DNA from: the human T2T-CHM13v2.0 reference genome, Homo sapiens
Assembly (NCBI RefSeq): GCF_009914755.1
Contig: NC_060927.1
Reading direction: 5' to 3' (one strand)
Length of the DNA stretch: 64,000 nucleotides
Positions 12,135-25,379 of this stretch are shown here, one piece after another (position 1 is the first letter of the stretch; the number at the start of each line of letters is the position of its first letter). A program made the position numbers and the translations under genes. The notes below the pieces were generated by a model that was given only the letters and a program-made list of their open reading frames with translations, ran no database searches and had not been told where the DNA came from.

Positions 12135-12460
12135 AATAATAATAACTTCCTTTTTATATGGCACCTTTTATATCAAGCACTTTAAAGTGTGAGATCATCT
12201 TCCCATTATTAAGATACCCCATCTGTGTTGGAATATAGAAGCTATTTCATGCCAGTGACACCACATAACAGTTATTTGTTTGCATGTTTATTGTGTAGCA
12301 AAGGGAAATGAAGAAAAATATCTACTAAACCCAAAGACTGAAATTCTTAGGTAAAAGTATAAATTGGAATATAGCCAAGCTACTAAGTTAAACACATCTT
12401 TTTCTATAAAAGGGGTTAGGGAGTCTTAATTTCCACATATGGAAATAGAAGTCTTATTGT
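12135..12460 (-). mobile_element. Probable AmnSINE1 (Deu-domain ancient SINE)
   Basis: Tail-like cctttttatatggcaccttttatatcaagcactttaaa and Deu-core-like aaattggaatatagccaagctac...aacacatct...aaaagggg..gggagtcttaatttccaca. Confidence 0.55.
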
Positions 12461-12889
12461 TATCACCATGGTACTGATCCAAAGTTCTAGTTTATATCTA
12501 GATGCTGTGATTAAATTGTAGGGTGTATGATACTGTTATATTATCTCCATTGCTGGGGTGGATGGCTCTGAGAGGTTTTTTGAGTCAGACTAAAGAGTAA
12601 TAATAAGTTTTCAGCATCCAAATTGGAGTAAGGCAATAAGGTTGTTACAGTAAGTGCATAATAGTGTCAAAAATTCTTTATATGCATTCATATAAAATTG
12701 CTTAGCACTATGACTGGAACTTAGCTCCACATACTAATCACATAATAACTAATTCAGGTATCGACTCATTTCTTTTCTTCTCCAAAGACGTTTTCTGAAT
12801 TTCCTGTCTATAATAGCACTGCTGTCATTCTCTTTACTTCATAGAGCAAATGGTTATGTGACAATTCTTTACATGCCTTTTTTTAATTA

Positions 12890-13250
12890 TTGCTGATTTC
12901 CTTCACTACAATGTAAGCTTCATGAAGGTAGGGGCTTTGTTTTCTGTACTGTTGCATTCAGAGCTCCCAGCACGAATCTGACATGTACATAATGGGTGTG
13001 CAGTAAATGTATATTTCATGATTGAGGAACTTCCAATATGCCAGGCACTGTATTATTTGCTTATTCTCGGCACTTTGCAATCTTTACAACAACTTCATGA
13101 AGAAACTACTGTTTTATCACCTTTCTACAGATGAAGGAACTAAGACACAAAAAAGGAAACTCATATATTTGGAAGCTCAGCCTTCTGAGGTTATACAAAC
13201 TGTAATCCAGACATTTAATGCCAGATTCTCTGCTCTGTGCTGTACACCCT
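12890..13250. mobile_element. L2 3' end followed by MIR
   Basis: ctacaatgtaagcttcatgaaggtagggg...; atgccaggcactg...tacagatgaaggaactaagacaca. Confidence 0.75.
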
Positions 13251-13282
13251 GTGAGTTCAAATGGATTTTATCAACCATCTAG

Positions 13283-13450
13283 TCTAGCGCTTCTCAAACT
13301 TTAATGTGCCTATGAATCACCTGGAGACCTTGTTAAAATGCAGATTCAGATTCAGCAGGTCTAGGGCGGGGCCTGGGACTCTGCATTTCATCCAAGCTCT
13401 TGGATGATGCTGGTGCTTCTGATCCACAGACTGAACTTCGAGGATTTAGG
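13283..13450. mobile_element. MER5A (hAT-Charlie MITE)
   Basis: cttctcaaactttaatgtgcctatgaatcacctggagaccttgttaaaatgcagattc...ggtctagggcggggcctggga. Confidence 0.9.
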
Positions 13451-14627
13451 ATATAATCCAAACCTTTCATGTTCACATATAAGCCACTTGACACATCCCA
13501 GATGTTAGAGGATCGGACTAATGGAAATTAAAAACAGTATTGGAATTACTTAGTCATAAAAATCATAGAATTCCATTTAGAATTATTTATTCTAAGATAA
13601 CAGTGGCTAGTACAGAGTGAAATCTCAGCAAATATTAATTTTCTAGGCAGAAGAAGAAACTAAGACACAGAAAGATTATGCAACTTTCCCCAGTTCATTC
13701 AGGAACCAGCAGGCCCTGAAGACTGTCTTCTCTTTCTGACCATAATACCCTGGCTCCGCTCAATTAGTTTTTTAAAGGTAGATTTCATGGAAATTTGAAA
13801 TAGCAACACACTGACAAAGTTAAGAGAGTTGGTAAAGAAGGTGTGCACCAATGTGGTTATCAGTTGCATTTTGGTAGGAATGAGGTTGTTGCAACCTAAG
13901 GAACAAAAGAGATCAGTTGAAGTTCACAACGATTGAATTGAAAATGTGTTACATAAAATGCTAAAGAATACTATATATAAAGACTGTTCACCCCAATGTT
14001 TGTGATGTACTCTTTCTTGGGTACATAAGTTTCTGAATTAACAATTCTGTCTATGTTCTCTTTTCCCCAAAATATTAATGGGTATAATACTATCTTTTCC
14101 ATTTAAATATCATGTTTTAAAGAAGAGATTATTATGCACATAGATTTATCACTTCGTTGAAAGTAAGCTTTTGTATTAAATTATGTATCTTTCATTAATT
14201 TAGCTGATCAGTTTTTTAAGGTAGATTTCAACAAGCATCTATTTTATCATCTACCTAAAATGTTCATTCCAAGACTGTCAACCTTTCTTGGAGTAAAAAT
14301 GAAGATTTTTTTCATTTGTTAAAATGTACAAAACATTTCCTTACTTATTTGTGTTTTAGTTCTGCTCATATTGTTATGCTACTTTTCTGACATTAGTAAA
14401 TGTTAAGATTAAACTTCTGCTTTATGTGTATCTTTAAAATGTTTTATATCTAAATAAACCTTAGTTGATATGTTGAGAAAAAGGATTTTCTTAAAACTTA
14501 GGGTGAAAGAAAGTTCTTCACAGGGTAGTTTAACAGTGGGGAAAAAATGGCTCCTCATATATGAAGGATGGCTTGTATTAGGCAAAAAAGTATCTTGGAT
14601 GAAGTATAAAGAATGAAAGTAATGGTT

Positions 14628-14992
14628 ACCTGAATCAACTCCAGCTGTTATAACAAATTACCATAGATGGGACGCCTTAAATGACAAATATTGATTTCTC
14701 ATAATTTCTCTGGAGGCTGGAAGTCCAAGGTCAGGATGCCAGCATGGTGGCGTTCTAGCGAAGGCCCTCTTCCTGGCTTGCCATCTTCTTCTTGTATCCT
14801 CACAGGTGGACAACAGAGAGAGAGGAAGCAAGCTCTCTGGTCTCTTTTTATAAGGATTCTATTCTCATTCCTGAGGGCTGCACCCTCATAACCTAATTAC
14901 CTCCCAAAGGCCCCAGCTTCTAATGCCATCACATTAGAGATTAAGATTTCAACATATGGATTTTGGGAAGACAAAAACATTTAGTCCACAAT
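14628..14992 (-). mobile_element. MaLR LTR (MLT1A/MST-like)
   Basis: ggaggctggaagtccaaggtcagg...taattacctcccaaaggcccc...tttcaacatatggattttggg. Confidence 0.9.
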
Positions 14993-15062
14993 AGTGGTAC
15001 AAACAAAGTTGAGGTAAAATACTATGGGAGATAAGAAGCAGTTATATAGAAGACCAAGAGAC

Positions 15063-15331
15063 CGGCCAGGCACTGTGGCTCAGGCATGTAATCCCAACAC
15101 TTAGGAGGTTGATGTGGCTGGATCACTTGAACCCAGGAGTTCAAGACCAGCCTGGACAACATGGGGAAACCCCATCACTACAAAAGTAGAAAAATTAGCT
15201 GGGCATGGTAGTATGTGCCTATAATTTCAGCTACTCTGGAGGTCGAACCTCTTAAGCCTGGGAGGTTGGGGCTGCAGTCAGCTGTGATTGCACCACTGCA
15301 CTCCACCTGGGTGACAGAGCAAGAACCTGTC

Positions 15332-15364
<33 letters not shown>

Positions 15365-15380
15365 GAAGAAGAAGAAGGAG
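15063..15380 (+). mobile_element. AluJ with A/GAA tail
   Basis: Dimeric Alu with a long A run followed by (GAA)n. Confidence 0.95.
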
Positions 15381-16089
15381 GAGACTAAGAAACAAGCAAG
15401 AAAAAGTTTACGTTTATTTTCATTTATAGATCCCGACAGAATCTATAAGGTTGTATGACAAATAATATTATGACAACATTCATAGGCATCTGTATCAAGG
15501 GGGTGTTTTGGGCTCTAAAAAAAGAAGATAAAAAGAGTAGTTTTTATTTCAACAAATTTACCTCCATTGAAATGGTTTTACTTTAATAACTTACTGCAGC
15601 CTTAATATGAGTAATCATTGGTATAAAAGATCACAAAGTAATTCATTTGTTCATATGGTTAAACTTCTCTCTATGGCCATTTGATCTATAGAAGTAAGGT
15701 CCTGTTTCACTATTTGCTACCAACTGAGCAGTGTCTTGGGGAATGAGTAATTTCCATACCAAGTTACAACTGAACAAAGCACAAGGAATCCTTTGTTTCC
15801 TCCAGAGATCGGAGGAAAAGCAGCTGATGTTGAAAGTTCTAAAGGCCACCTTTGGTGCTCTCTCATGGCCCCACATACAGCATGCATTAACATGTTCATT
15901 GAATGAACACACCTCAAGTGGTTAGGTTTCTAAAATTCTAAAATTCTTTCTTGTCATTTATTTGGATTACTGATTTTTGAATTTTCTTTTCATTTTTGTC
16001 AAAATCATGAAAGAAGAGATTTTCCTCATTGGAACATATACTTTATTATGCTAAAATATTCCTTTGGAGAAACCGATCACTAGAATCCT

Positions 16090-16262
16090 TTAGTGATTCT
16101 GAGATTTCACTGCACATTAGAATCACCTGGAGGACTTTAAAAATATTGATGCCCTGGCTTCACCTCACACTGATTAGTTTAGAATCTCTGAGGGGCAGTA
16201 CCCAGGCATCAGAATCTATTTAAATTGTCTGTGGGATTCCAATGTGCACATAAGTTTGAGTT
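16090..16262. mobile_element. MER5-type MITE
   Basis: tgcacattagaatcacctggaggactttaaaaatattgatgccc...aagtttgag. Confidence 0.75.
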
Positions 16263-16768
16263 GTATTTACTGTGGGTTGAATAGTGTACCCTCAAAAGAT
16301 ATGATGAAGTCCTAACCTCAGGTACTTGTGAATGTCACCTTATTTGGAAATAGGGTCTTTGCAGATATAGTTGGTTAAGATAAGGTCTTATTGGATTATG
16401 CTGAGTCCTAATCTGATGACTTGTATCTTCAGACAAGGGAAATTTGGACACAGACATACAAAGAGGAGAGAATGCTATATGAAGACACAGAGACAGACAG
16501 ACCCAGAGAACAGATGGCCATGTGACCACAGAGGCTGTGATTGGCATTGCATAGCTACAAGCCAGGAAACTCTGAGGATTTCCAGAAACCTCCAGAAGTT
16601 AGTAGAGAGGTATGGAATAGATTCTCCCCATGCCTGAGCTGCCAAGAAGGAACTAAGCCTGCTGATACCTTGATTTTGGACATCTGGCCTCCTGAACTGT
16701 GAGAGAATAAATTTCTGTTGTGTTAAGCCATTCAGTTTGTGGTACAACAGCCCTGGGGAACTAATACA
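16263..16768 (+). mobile_element. MLT1C-like MaLR LTR
   Basis: gtgaatgtcaccttatttggaaatagggtctttgcagat...gaactgtgagagaataaatttctgttg...aactaataca. Confidence 0.9.
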
Positions 16769-17643
16769 GCACTTCTTAGTCAACCCAAGGAGAGGGCTCA
16801 TTTGCAGGATGGAATTCCTCCCCTTTTTAACATTTAGCCATCTAGTCGCAATGGTGGGCAGGTTCTAAATTGATAGCCATTTCCACTGACTTTGCTAGAG
16901 TAAATATTTTGCGTCCTCCCATCCCTCTCTCATGCCCCACCACTGTCATTAAACAAGGCAGAAGAATTCAAAGCACTTACCTTGATGAAACATTTCTTTG
17001 GGTCATTATAGTTTCAAGGATTAGAATTTTCCACTTGTTATTCCAAGCATTTGTTTGCCTGAGCACTTTCTATCATGGTCCATAAAATACTGTGTAAGTC
17101 TCATCACTCCAATAGTTTCTCTTTTAACCAAGTCCAATTGTTCCAGGATACAATCAGTATAATCAAAATATTTCAAAAGTTGAAATCAATGAAAAACAGG
17201 TGGCTTTCTTTTTCTTGAGTCTTTTGTCCAAAATGATGGGTTCACACATATATTTTGCCATGAAATAATTTCTTCCATTATTTCTTTGGTAATTATGAAA
17301 TAATCCTAAACTACAAGCAATTTTAAAGATGAGATTCAAAAAAACTTTAAGTGATTTTTGGCATCCTTAAACTATTATGACAATTATCTCAATCACTGGA
17401 AGAAAAGTATAGGTGTGGTTTGGACACAGGTGCAAATAACATAGTAATCAAAATGCTGATAAAGCAATCCTCTTCCCAGTCAACCATTTGACTAAATAAG
17501 TAACTTTAGGTTTGACCTCAATTAATGAGGTATATTCAGGTTTCAAAGCAGGTTTAGAAGTGTATGAACTATGAACTATGACTCCCAAATATAATTGTTA
17601 CCTATCTGATACCCAAGCTAGCAGAAACTATGACTATCAGTGC

Positions 17644-17707
17644 AGTTATGCAACTATAAAAAGCATCAGGAGAGTTATGCAACTATAAAAATCATCAGGA
17701 GAGTTAT
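17644..17707 (+). repeat. 29-bp tandem duplication (2.2 copies)
   Basis: agttatgcaactataaaaa(g/t)catcaggag x2, then agttat. Confidence 0.95.
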
Positions 17708-18045
17708 CAAGTAAGATGTTAGTTGACCATTTAAGACAGAAAATAGAGATATCTTAAAATTAGAAGTGAGTCACATGAATAGAAATACCACTGGTGGAGA
17801 GGGAGAAAGCTTCTAACTTTTCTTACCAAATATTGCTAGTTCCTTGAAATAATCATTATTAGTATTTTGGCTAATCTTATTATTGCCACTAGGAAAAATT
17901 CCTTAGGGTATTTCAGCCTTTAACATCCTTAGGATCCTGAGAGGGGGAAACACACAGAAAGGCAGAAAATTAGGATTATGTTACTTAGATGATTGGAGAA
18001 GAAGATCTCTTCCCCTATGAAAGCCAACATATTTTATACATAGTT

Positions 18046-19092
18046 CATGGCTGATTACATAATACATGGTGTTCAGTGAAAAATGAAAATGCAGGACCCC
18101 TTGTTCAAAAATCAGGAAACAGGTGTTGTATATGAACATTTTTCCTTTCTTTCATGGCCTTTCTTAAATTGTCATGATGTTTTTCACTTGTTCTTTAATG
18201 TCATTCTAAGTAAAGAATAATTAAAATGTTAATTATTAGCATGAACTTCACTATTCATCTTTATACTGTACCATGCCAGTTTTAAATGCTAGTTTAAATA
18301 TAAGAGCACTTAACTCAAACACAGAATCACTGAAATTATACAATTTGTAACTTGTAGTTTCTACATGTTTATGTATTTTTCTTACCAGAACAATGGAAAC
18401 ACTGAACAAAGCTGACTTGGATGTTGCTATTTAGTTTGGTATGCACACATTCTACCAATGCTCTCCACTTTTGGCTTACTAACGAGTGAGGAATGACTGA
18501 AAGAAAAAGGAACACGAATTGCATTATCTTTCACTGTTCTTCTATGTCATAATTTTCACATCAGTGGTTGACTAATGCAGGGAAGTAATACAAATGAGAA
18601 AAGATATAGTAAGGTTCCTTGGTCATTAGTATTTCTTAGAATATAATTGGTCTCTTTCTGAAATTCTAGCGAAATTCTGATTCCAGTTGAAAGTGTGGCC
18701 TCTCAGGGCTATCTGCAATTGCTTACTTAGTTGTCTATTGCTTACTCAATTGCTTACCCCAACAACCAGCTTACTCTTTACTCAACTGAGGTCTTGCTGA
18801 ACCTCCACACATACAGCACCAGTGCACTGGAAATCTGTGTTCATGGGCCTTGAAGAACATTATCTGTGAATGGCACAACAAGGTACGTCAGACATGCACA
18901 TTGCACATATATCCTGTACTCAAGCATATGCTGCATTGTTTCGTTGCATTTTACATACAAAAGACAAGTTCAAAGATAAAATAATTAAGAATTTCAAGAC
19001 AGCTACAGCATAGCATTAAAGCAAGCACAGGACTCTTCTGAGCATGTGGTGCTATGAGAATGGGCAGGCCATATAACCTTGAAGCTTCTCTG
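18046..19092 (-). mobile_element. MER45B-like hAT-Tip100 element
   Basis: Both MER45 termini (aaaatgaaaatgcaggaccccttgttcaaaaat; taagaatttcaagacagc..agcattaaagcaagcacagg..cttctgagc) about 1.05 kb apart. Confidence 0.8.
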
Positions 19093-19537
19093 GGCAAAGC
19101 CATTACATAATTACAATTTTCAAATTTAATTCCACCTTTCCACTAACATAGGATTTTCTGGATTTAAATTTAACGTTTGGGGTAATGGTGAAAAACATTC
19201 AAGCTAATAGGTTACTTGAGTGGCATAAAAAATGCTTTGATTTTTTAGCTATTGTATCTTAATTTTGATTTAGTGAAGATCAATTGCTTTCTTGTGTGAA
19301 ATAGGTAGGCATACTCTTCATTCTTATTTTTCCCTTTCCAATTTTTTTTCTTTGATTCATGCTGTAAATTTGCTATTGGGAGCTACTCATGTTCTATATT
19401 CTGGAGGTATGAAATCTATTTAACAAGGTGTGGGCAATTCATGTTTACTAGAGAACAATATAATTTCACGAACAGTTGCACCCTCCCTCGTTGAACACAT
19501 TTATATGCATTTATGTATTTTTTAAAAACTTAGCATA

Positions 19538-19840
19538 GGCCAGGCGTGGTGGCTCACGCCTGTAATCCCAGCACTTTGGGAGGCTGAGGCAGATGGATAG
19601 GCTGAGGCAGATGGATCACCTGAGGTCAGGAGTTCGAGACCAGCCTGACCAACAAGGTGAAACCCCCGTCTCTACTAAAAATACAAAGCCAGGCGTGGTG
19701 GCAGGTGCCTGTAGTCCCATCTACTCAGGAGGTTGAGACAGGAAAATTGCTTGAACCCAGGAGGCAGAGGTTGCAGTGAGCTGAGATCACGCTACTGCAA
19801 TCTAGCCTGGGTGATGGCAGGAGACTCTATCACACACACA

Positions 19841-19880
<40 letters not shown>
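19538..19880 (+). mobile_element. AluS with an 18-bp internal duplication and a (CA)n tail
   Basis: aggctgaggcagatggat x2 (19581-19616); (CA)n at 19831-19880. Confidence 0.95.
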
Positions 19881-19882
<2 letters not shown>

Positions 19883-21469
19883 TACTGTAATTATTCACAT
19901 TGATGTCTTTCTCTTAAGGAACAATTTTTATATCATATGTTTTATAAAATGATGATAAGGTTCTTAGACACATGGCTATATTATTCAGTGATAGATCCTT
20001 TGAGAGTAAACCTGCCTTTTCCCCAATGTTGATCTACTTTTCCCACCACTCTTTTTTAAAGGATTCTTGCATTTAAAATTTAGATCATTAACTTCGAGCA
20101 AAGAATGGCAGAATCTCAAAACTGGCATACATTACAAGAAAGCAGCCTGGAGGCTACTCATACTCTTCCAAGTTTTACTACTCCCAGGTGCTGCTTTTGT
20201 TGAAAACACTCCAGCTCTACCCTGTATTTGGTACGCTGCCCTGCTTACCAAGAGTGCAAATCTATTGTAAACCTTATTCTTAATAAGGCTACCAGGATCA
20301 GAGCCAATCAAAAAAGGAATAGCCTTCATAAATATTCACACCTCACTAGAGATTTAGCTGTAACAAGTAATGAATAGTCATAGGGAATCTCATCATTGAC
20401 TGAGACCCATCAATGCAAAAACAGAACCCCATTTCTAAAACCAAATTAAATGAAGTGTGTCTGTAAAAGACAGGCAAAAACTAGTATTATGAGAACATTA
20501 TTTTAAGATAGAGATGTTTATATTATATCCCATGTATCATTTATTTTCTCCCCCCAATTAAATATCAATTTTAAATATAAATATCTCTTTTAAAACATAT
20601 TTTTCCAAATATACCATTATTTCTTTTCTTCTACTAGAATAACCGTATTCCTATGCCACAGACAGCAATACGATGCATTCATTTTCTCTGTGTAGCACAT
20701 CTGTTTGCTTACAGGACTCATGGGAGAGTAGTAGGTGATTTTTTAAATGGTTTCTGGCTTGTGGTAGAACATTTCATCCTGGAAACTGGAAAACCACTTG
20801 GTCCAACTACCTTCAATTTGAGAATAAAATATTTGGTCTTAAAACATAAAGTGGGTAGAGGCATATGGACTACAATGAGTCAGGAAGTATTCTGGACATT
20901 AAATCTGGGAGAGCGGGGGAAAATGTGTCTCTCCTTCCTTATTTCTCTCTTTACTGCTTGCTAAATAGAACTGTCAAAGCCTCCAACCTCCTGCATCTGT
21001 TGCAATATTTTGTAGATTAGACATTTGGAAAGCACTATTGTCTTTCTGAATCAGTCTTGAATGTGATCATCTCTCTATTCTGAAACCCATGCAATTAAAA
21101 AGTGTTGTATAGATATGTACGACAAACAGGACGCCTCTGGTTGTCTGACATAATTTCTCTATCCACACCTCCACCCATCTGCATTATCAAACTGTAGAAG
21201 TGACTTAGAGGACTGCTACATATTTTAGTACATACGTAAAGTAAGTCTAGAAAGAATTTCCTGATTTATCCATTTAACACTCTTATTATCCACCCATCCA
21301 TCTCTCTCTCTTTTTGAAGTAAATTGTAGTTGACTTAACAGCAAATTCATTTCACAGCTTGTGACCACTTCTGTACCCTACCCAACACCTTCTATTCAAG
21401 AAACTTGCAACTGCCTTTTAAATTAAATACAAATTTCTCAGCTTTACATTCTGATTTTCTCATTTGGAC

Positions 21470-21990
21470 TCTATCTGAGTCAGAAAGCTTTGGACAACAA
21501 ACAATAAGTATTCAAAGAAAATGTATTTCTTCATAGAACTAAAAATACCAGGCCTAGCATTAGCTTCAGATACAGCTAGATTCAGAGCCTCAAATCATCT
21601 CATCAGCAGTGTCTCTCTCTTCTTTCTTGCCTCTTCTCTTCATTGTATTGAATTTAGTATTAAACATATCTTCTCCATTTGGTGACCTCTCACAGCTGCG
21701 GTCTTACATGTTCTCAGCTTCAAGTCCATGAGGAAGAGACTGCTTGTAATGTAAATATTTTCAATATAAGTTCCAGAAGGATGTCTTGATGCACTCATTG
21801 GTCTTCCTTGATTTGCCCACCTATCCTTGAGCCAACCTCTGAAATTGGAGGAAGATGAATGTCATGACTGACAGACTTGAGCCATATTCTCACCCTTAGA
21901 ACTAGTCATGCAATCAACTCTACCTAAAAAATATTAACTGTGATACTCATGGGAAAAGTAAGATCCTGTAGATGAAAAGTAGGCATCCAT
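21470..21990 (-). mobile_element. Old MLT1 (J/K-like) LTR
   Basis: ttagcttcagatacagctagattcagagcctcaaatcat...cattggtcttccttgatttgcccacctatccttgagcca. Confidence 0.55.
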
Positions 21991-23576
21991 CAGAAGCCAC
22001 AGCCTACATTTCCTGTCTTGTCTTCTCAATTTTCCTCCCAACACCCTGTAATCAAGTCCTCCCTGATTTTACTTACCATGCAACCAGGGGAATGGCAGTG
22101 GAGATTCTTTGCCTAATTGGAAGTTATGAGTTTCAGTCATGTCTTAGGAAGGCATAGTCATCCTCCTAAGAGACTGCAGTTAACCATGTAAGGGCTTTCA
22201 AGAAATCTTTCTACCAGTTCTGAGCCCAAAACATAGCCTTGAAATCAAATCTCACTGTTAAAGACAGTTGTCACTGGGGAGACTGGACTTCTGTTAAGGT
22301 AGAAGCTTAATTTTGGCCTCAGAGTTTTAGTGGCGGTGGCCTCTCTGAGATGTTTAATCATATATTCAACACAGGTTTAGTCATGTATTGATCACAAAGA
22401 GCAGATAGTAAGCTAATTGTTCCAACCCCTTGGGCTTCGCATTTGAATTAAGCACCTCAGACTTTCACTGCAGTGCAGTGGTCAAACAGGAAAGTCTGAA
22501 TAGTCCCCTGGTTGCCTACCCCATTGACTTATCCAAAGGCTATTTCCTAAAGTTATGATTCTGCTAAGCAGTGGATCCCCAACAGAAAATAGGATGCAAA
22601 GGCAAGTTTTTGATGTAGACGAATTTTTGGAGTCTAGCCCGTGCCTGTTTCCCACAAGTCGCAGCCACCCAGAAAAGCTGGACAAGCAGTATAGGCATTT
22701 TCTGGTGTCTTCTAGACCCTTGCTCCTCAAACTCTTGCCTGAAGACCAGTAGCATTAGCATGATTTGGGAGCTTGTTAGCAATACAATACCATAGGTTCT
22801 ACTCCAAAAAATCTCTCTGATATTTATAGCTTTATGGTGATAGATCCTAGTGGATGACTGTAATGAAGAGCCAAGCTTTATAGTCAGACTTGATCATTAA
22901 CCTTTTTGAACATTTTGTTTCCTTAGCTTTATAATGCGGATAATAATGATAAATACATTGCTGGCATGAGGATTACATTAATTAATGGATACAAGTATTT
23001 TGAATAGTGTATGGGACATAGTGATTCCCCAATCAACATGACTTTTTATAATATAATTATAATTATTCCTATCATCTTGTTCTTGAAATCAGAAATGAGA
23101 ATGACCTGGGGTCAACTCTTCACTCAAGGCATATGCAAAGATGTAGAGCTACCCTCAAGTAAGTGAATACAGCATCTTTTCCTTCACACTTTTGAATCAT
23201 TTTTTGTGAGTGTGTTTTGTTTATCCAGCAGGGAACATTTTGGTCATTCAGCATTGATCTGTTGTTTTTTTCCCCACCTTTCAGGAAACCTGTCCGATAA
23301 AATACTTTGTCCTTTGTGATATTTGTTTCGTTTGGGTCTTGGGATTGCTTTTGTTGCCTGTCCTATGCCTGCTTACCCTCTAAGAAGTTGGCCTTAGCAA
23401 CACTCTCTAACTTTCGATCACATAGAATTAACCACATTATCTTTGTCTCTTTTACTACACCATTGCATTTACCAGCTTATGTGCCTGCCACATTTTCTTA
23501 TTTTGTGCCCTTCAAAAGGCAAGAACTATTTTTTTTGTATCCCCAGGGCCTAGATCAAAAATTTCAGTCCATAATT

Positions 23577-23715
23577 CCTTTTTTTATTTTTATTTTTTTA
23601 TAGAAACAGGGTCTTGCGTTATTGCTCAGGCTGATTTCAAACTCCTCACTTCAATGATCCTCCTGCCTCAGCCTCCCAAAGTGTTGGGATTACAGGTGTA
23701 AGCCACTGCATCTGT
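23577..23715 (-). mobile_element. FLAM (Alu monomer)
   Basis: T tail, tagaaacagggtcttgc...cctcccaaagtgttgggattacagg. Confidence 0.85.
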
Positions 23716-23814
23716 TCCATAATAACTTTTTATAATAAGAAATGGAGGGAACAATGAGTTGACTGTAAAACAAGTTCCCTGGAAGAAGAATGGATTCTGA
23801 CATATTGGTTAATT

Positions 23815-24305
23815 ATCACCATATTAATACTTGTAACAAATTGCCCCAAGACTTGGTTGCTTAAAAATAACCATCTATTCATGCTCATATGTCTGTGGTT
23901 CAGCTGGTCCTGCTGGCTTGGCTGTACAGCTGCGCTTCCCAGTGTGGGTCTGCCTGGGCTGGGCTCGGCTCCTTACCATAGATTTGGCCGTCTGTACCAT
24001 ATGCATTGATTATGAGGACCCAGCTGAAGTTGCAGTAGTAAACCAGGGAAACTTTTCTTATGGTGATGGCTGAGGTGCAAAACAGTAAGTTTTACCATGT
24101 AAACCTATTTCAAACCTTTGTTTGCATCATGATACTCCCATCCAGTTGGGGGGGGGCGAGTGGAAATAGCAAAATAACTAAGCCTAAAGTCAATGGGGTG
24201 GGTAAAAATACACTTTGAGCCTATGAGAAGAAGCGAAATATCTTGAGACGAAAGGCATAGATACAGGTAAAGGTGAAGAATTGTGACCAACATTTCAATC
24301 TGCCT
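23815..24305 (-). mobile_element. Old MLT1 (G/H/I-like) LTR
   Basis: tgtaacaaattgccccaagacttggttgcttaaaa...gctcatatgtctgtggttcagctgg...gaagaattgtgaccaa. Confidence 0.65.
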
Positions 24306-25379
24306 TATCAGGGTATAAAGAGAATGTGTGAAAGAAATAACCGTCCTAGAGTTGGATGGTTTAATTTAGTCATTGCTGTTCTAGGATTTATTTGTGGTCT
24401 GTGTCCAAAATATCTAAGGAAGATTCTACTTTAAATCACATGTGAAGGTCTCTTGAAATAATGCTTGTAGAGTTGTGTTTTTACTGCATTTAAAATAAAA
24501 TTGTATACATTTATTGATACAAGAATATTGCTGCGCTATGCTTACTAAATATAAGATTAGATTCTTTCATGTCTAGGTTGTCCTTATTATGATCCTGGTT
24601 TTGCAAATTCCCCAAGTGAAATTGCCTCCTCAATGATTGCTAATAATAACGACCCTCTCCTCAGAAAGGTAATGTTAATTAGCCTTCTTCCTAATAACGA
24701 ATCACCCTCCATAAACAGTTACAGATTTTTTTTCTTTTGGATTTACAAATCACTGTGATTTTAATACAAGTTTTTGCAGCAGTTTCAAGGTTTACTATTT
24801 TGCACCCTCTGCTGGGGGAAAAACAAAGAGAATGACAGCAGATGTGGAGAAGTAAGTAATATGGGATATGAAGTGAAAGACTTAGATCAGAAGAGCACTT
24901 GCCTCATGAACGTCTTTCATTTTGCAATTACATTGAGAATACGTTTCTATAACTCTTCTTACATAAACAACATATTATGAAATTTAAATTCATGAACATT
25001 AACCTAAAAATATCCAAACTTACAATTTATGGAATTCAGAGATCTGAAATATTTCTTTTAAGCCTTCCCTATGGGTGGATTTGGAATATACTTAGAGTAA
25101 ATTCCATTGATAAAGAACCAAAATAGCAAGAAAAGGAAATATTAAGTATCTGAAAAACTGAGGCTTAAAAGGTACTTTCCATTAAGAAAGCCACCACAAG
25201 CTAGTAAATTTCTGTTCTGAATTTCATAGAAGAGGTTGTCAACTTATGCAGTACTTGAATTATAGGGAAACAAATATCTTTTTGCTTAAAAGGTAAATTT
25301 AAATGCTGTAACCTCTTACAGTGAATTACTAATAATGCTAATGGCATTATTCACTGACATACCCTTTTATTTAAAGGTC

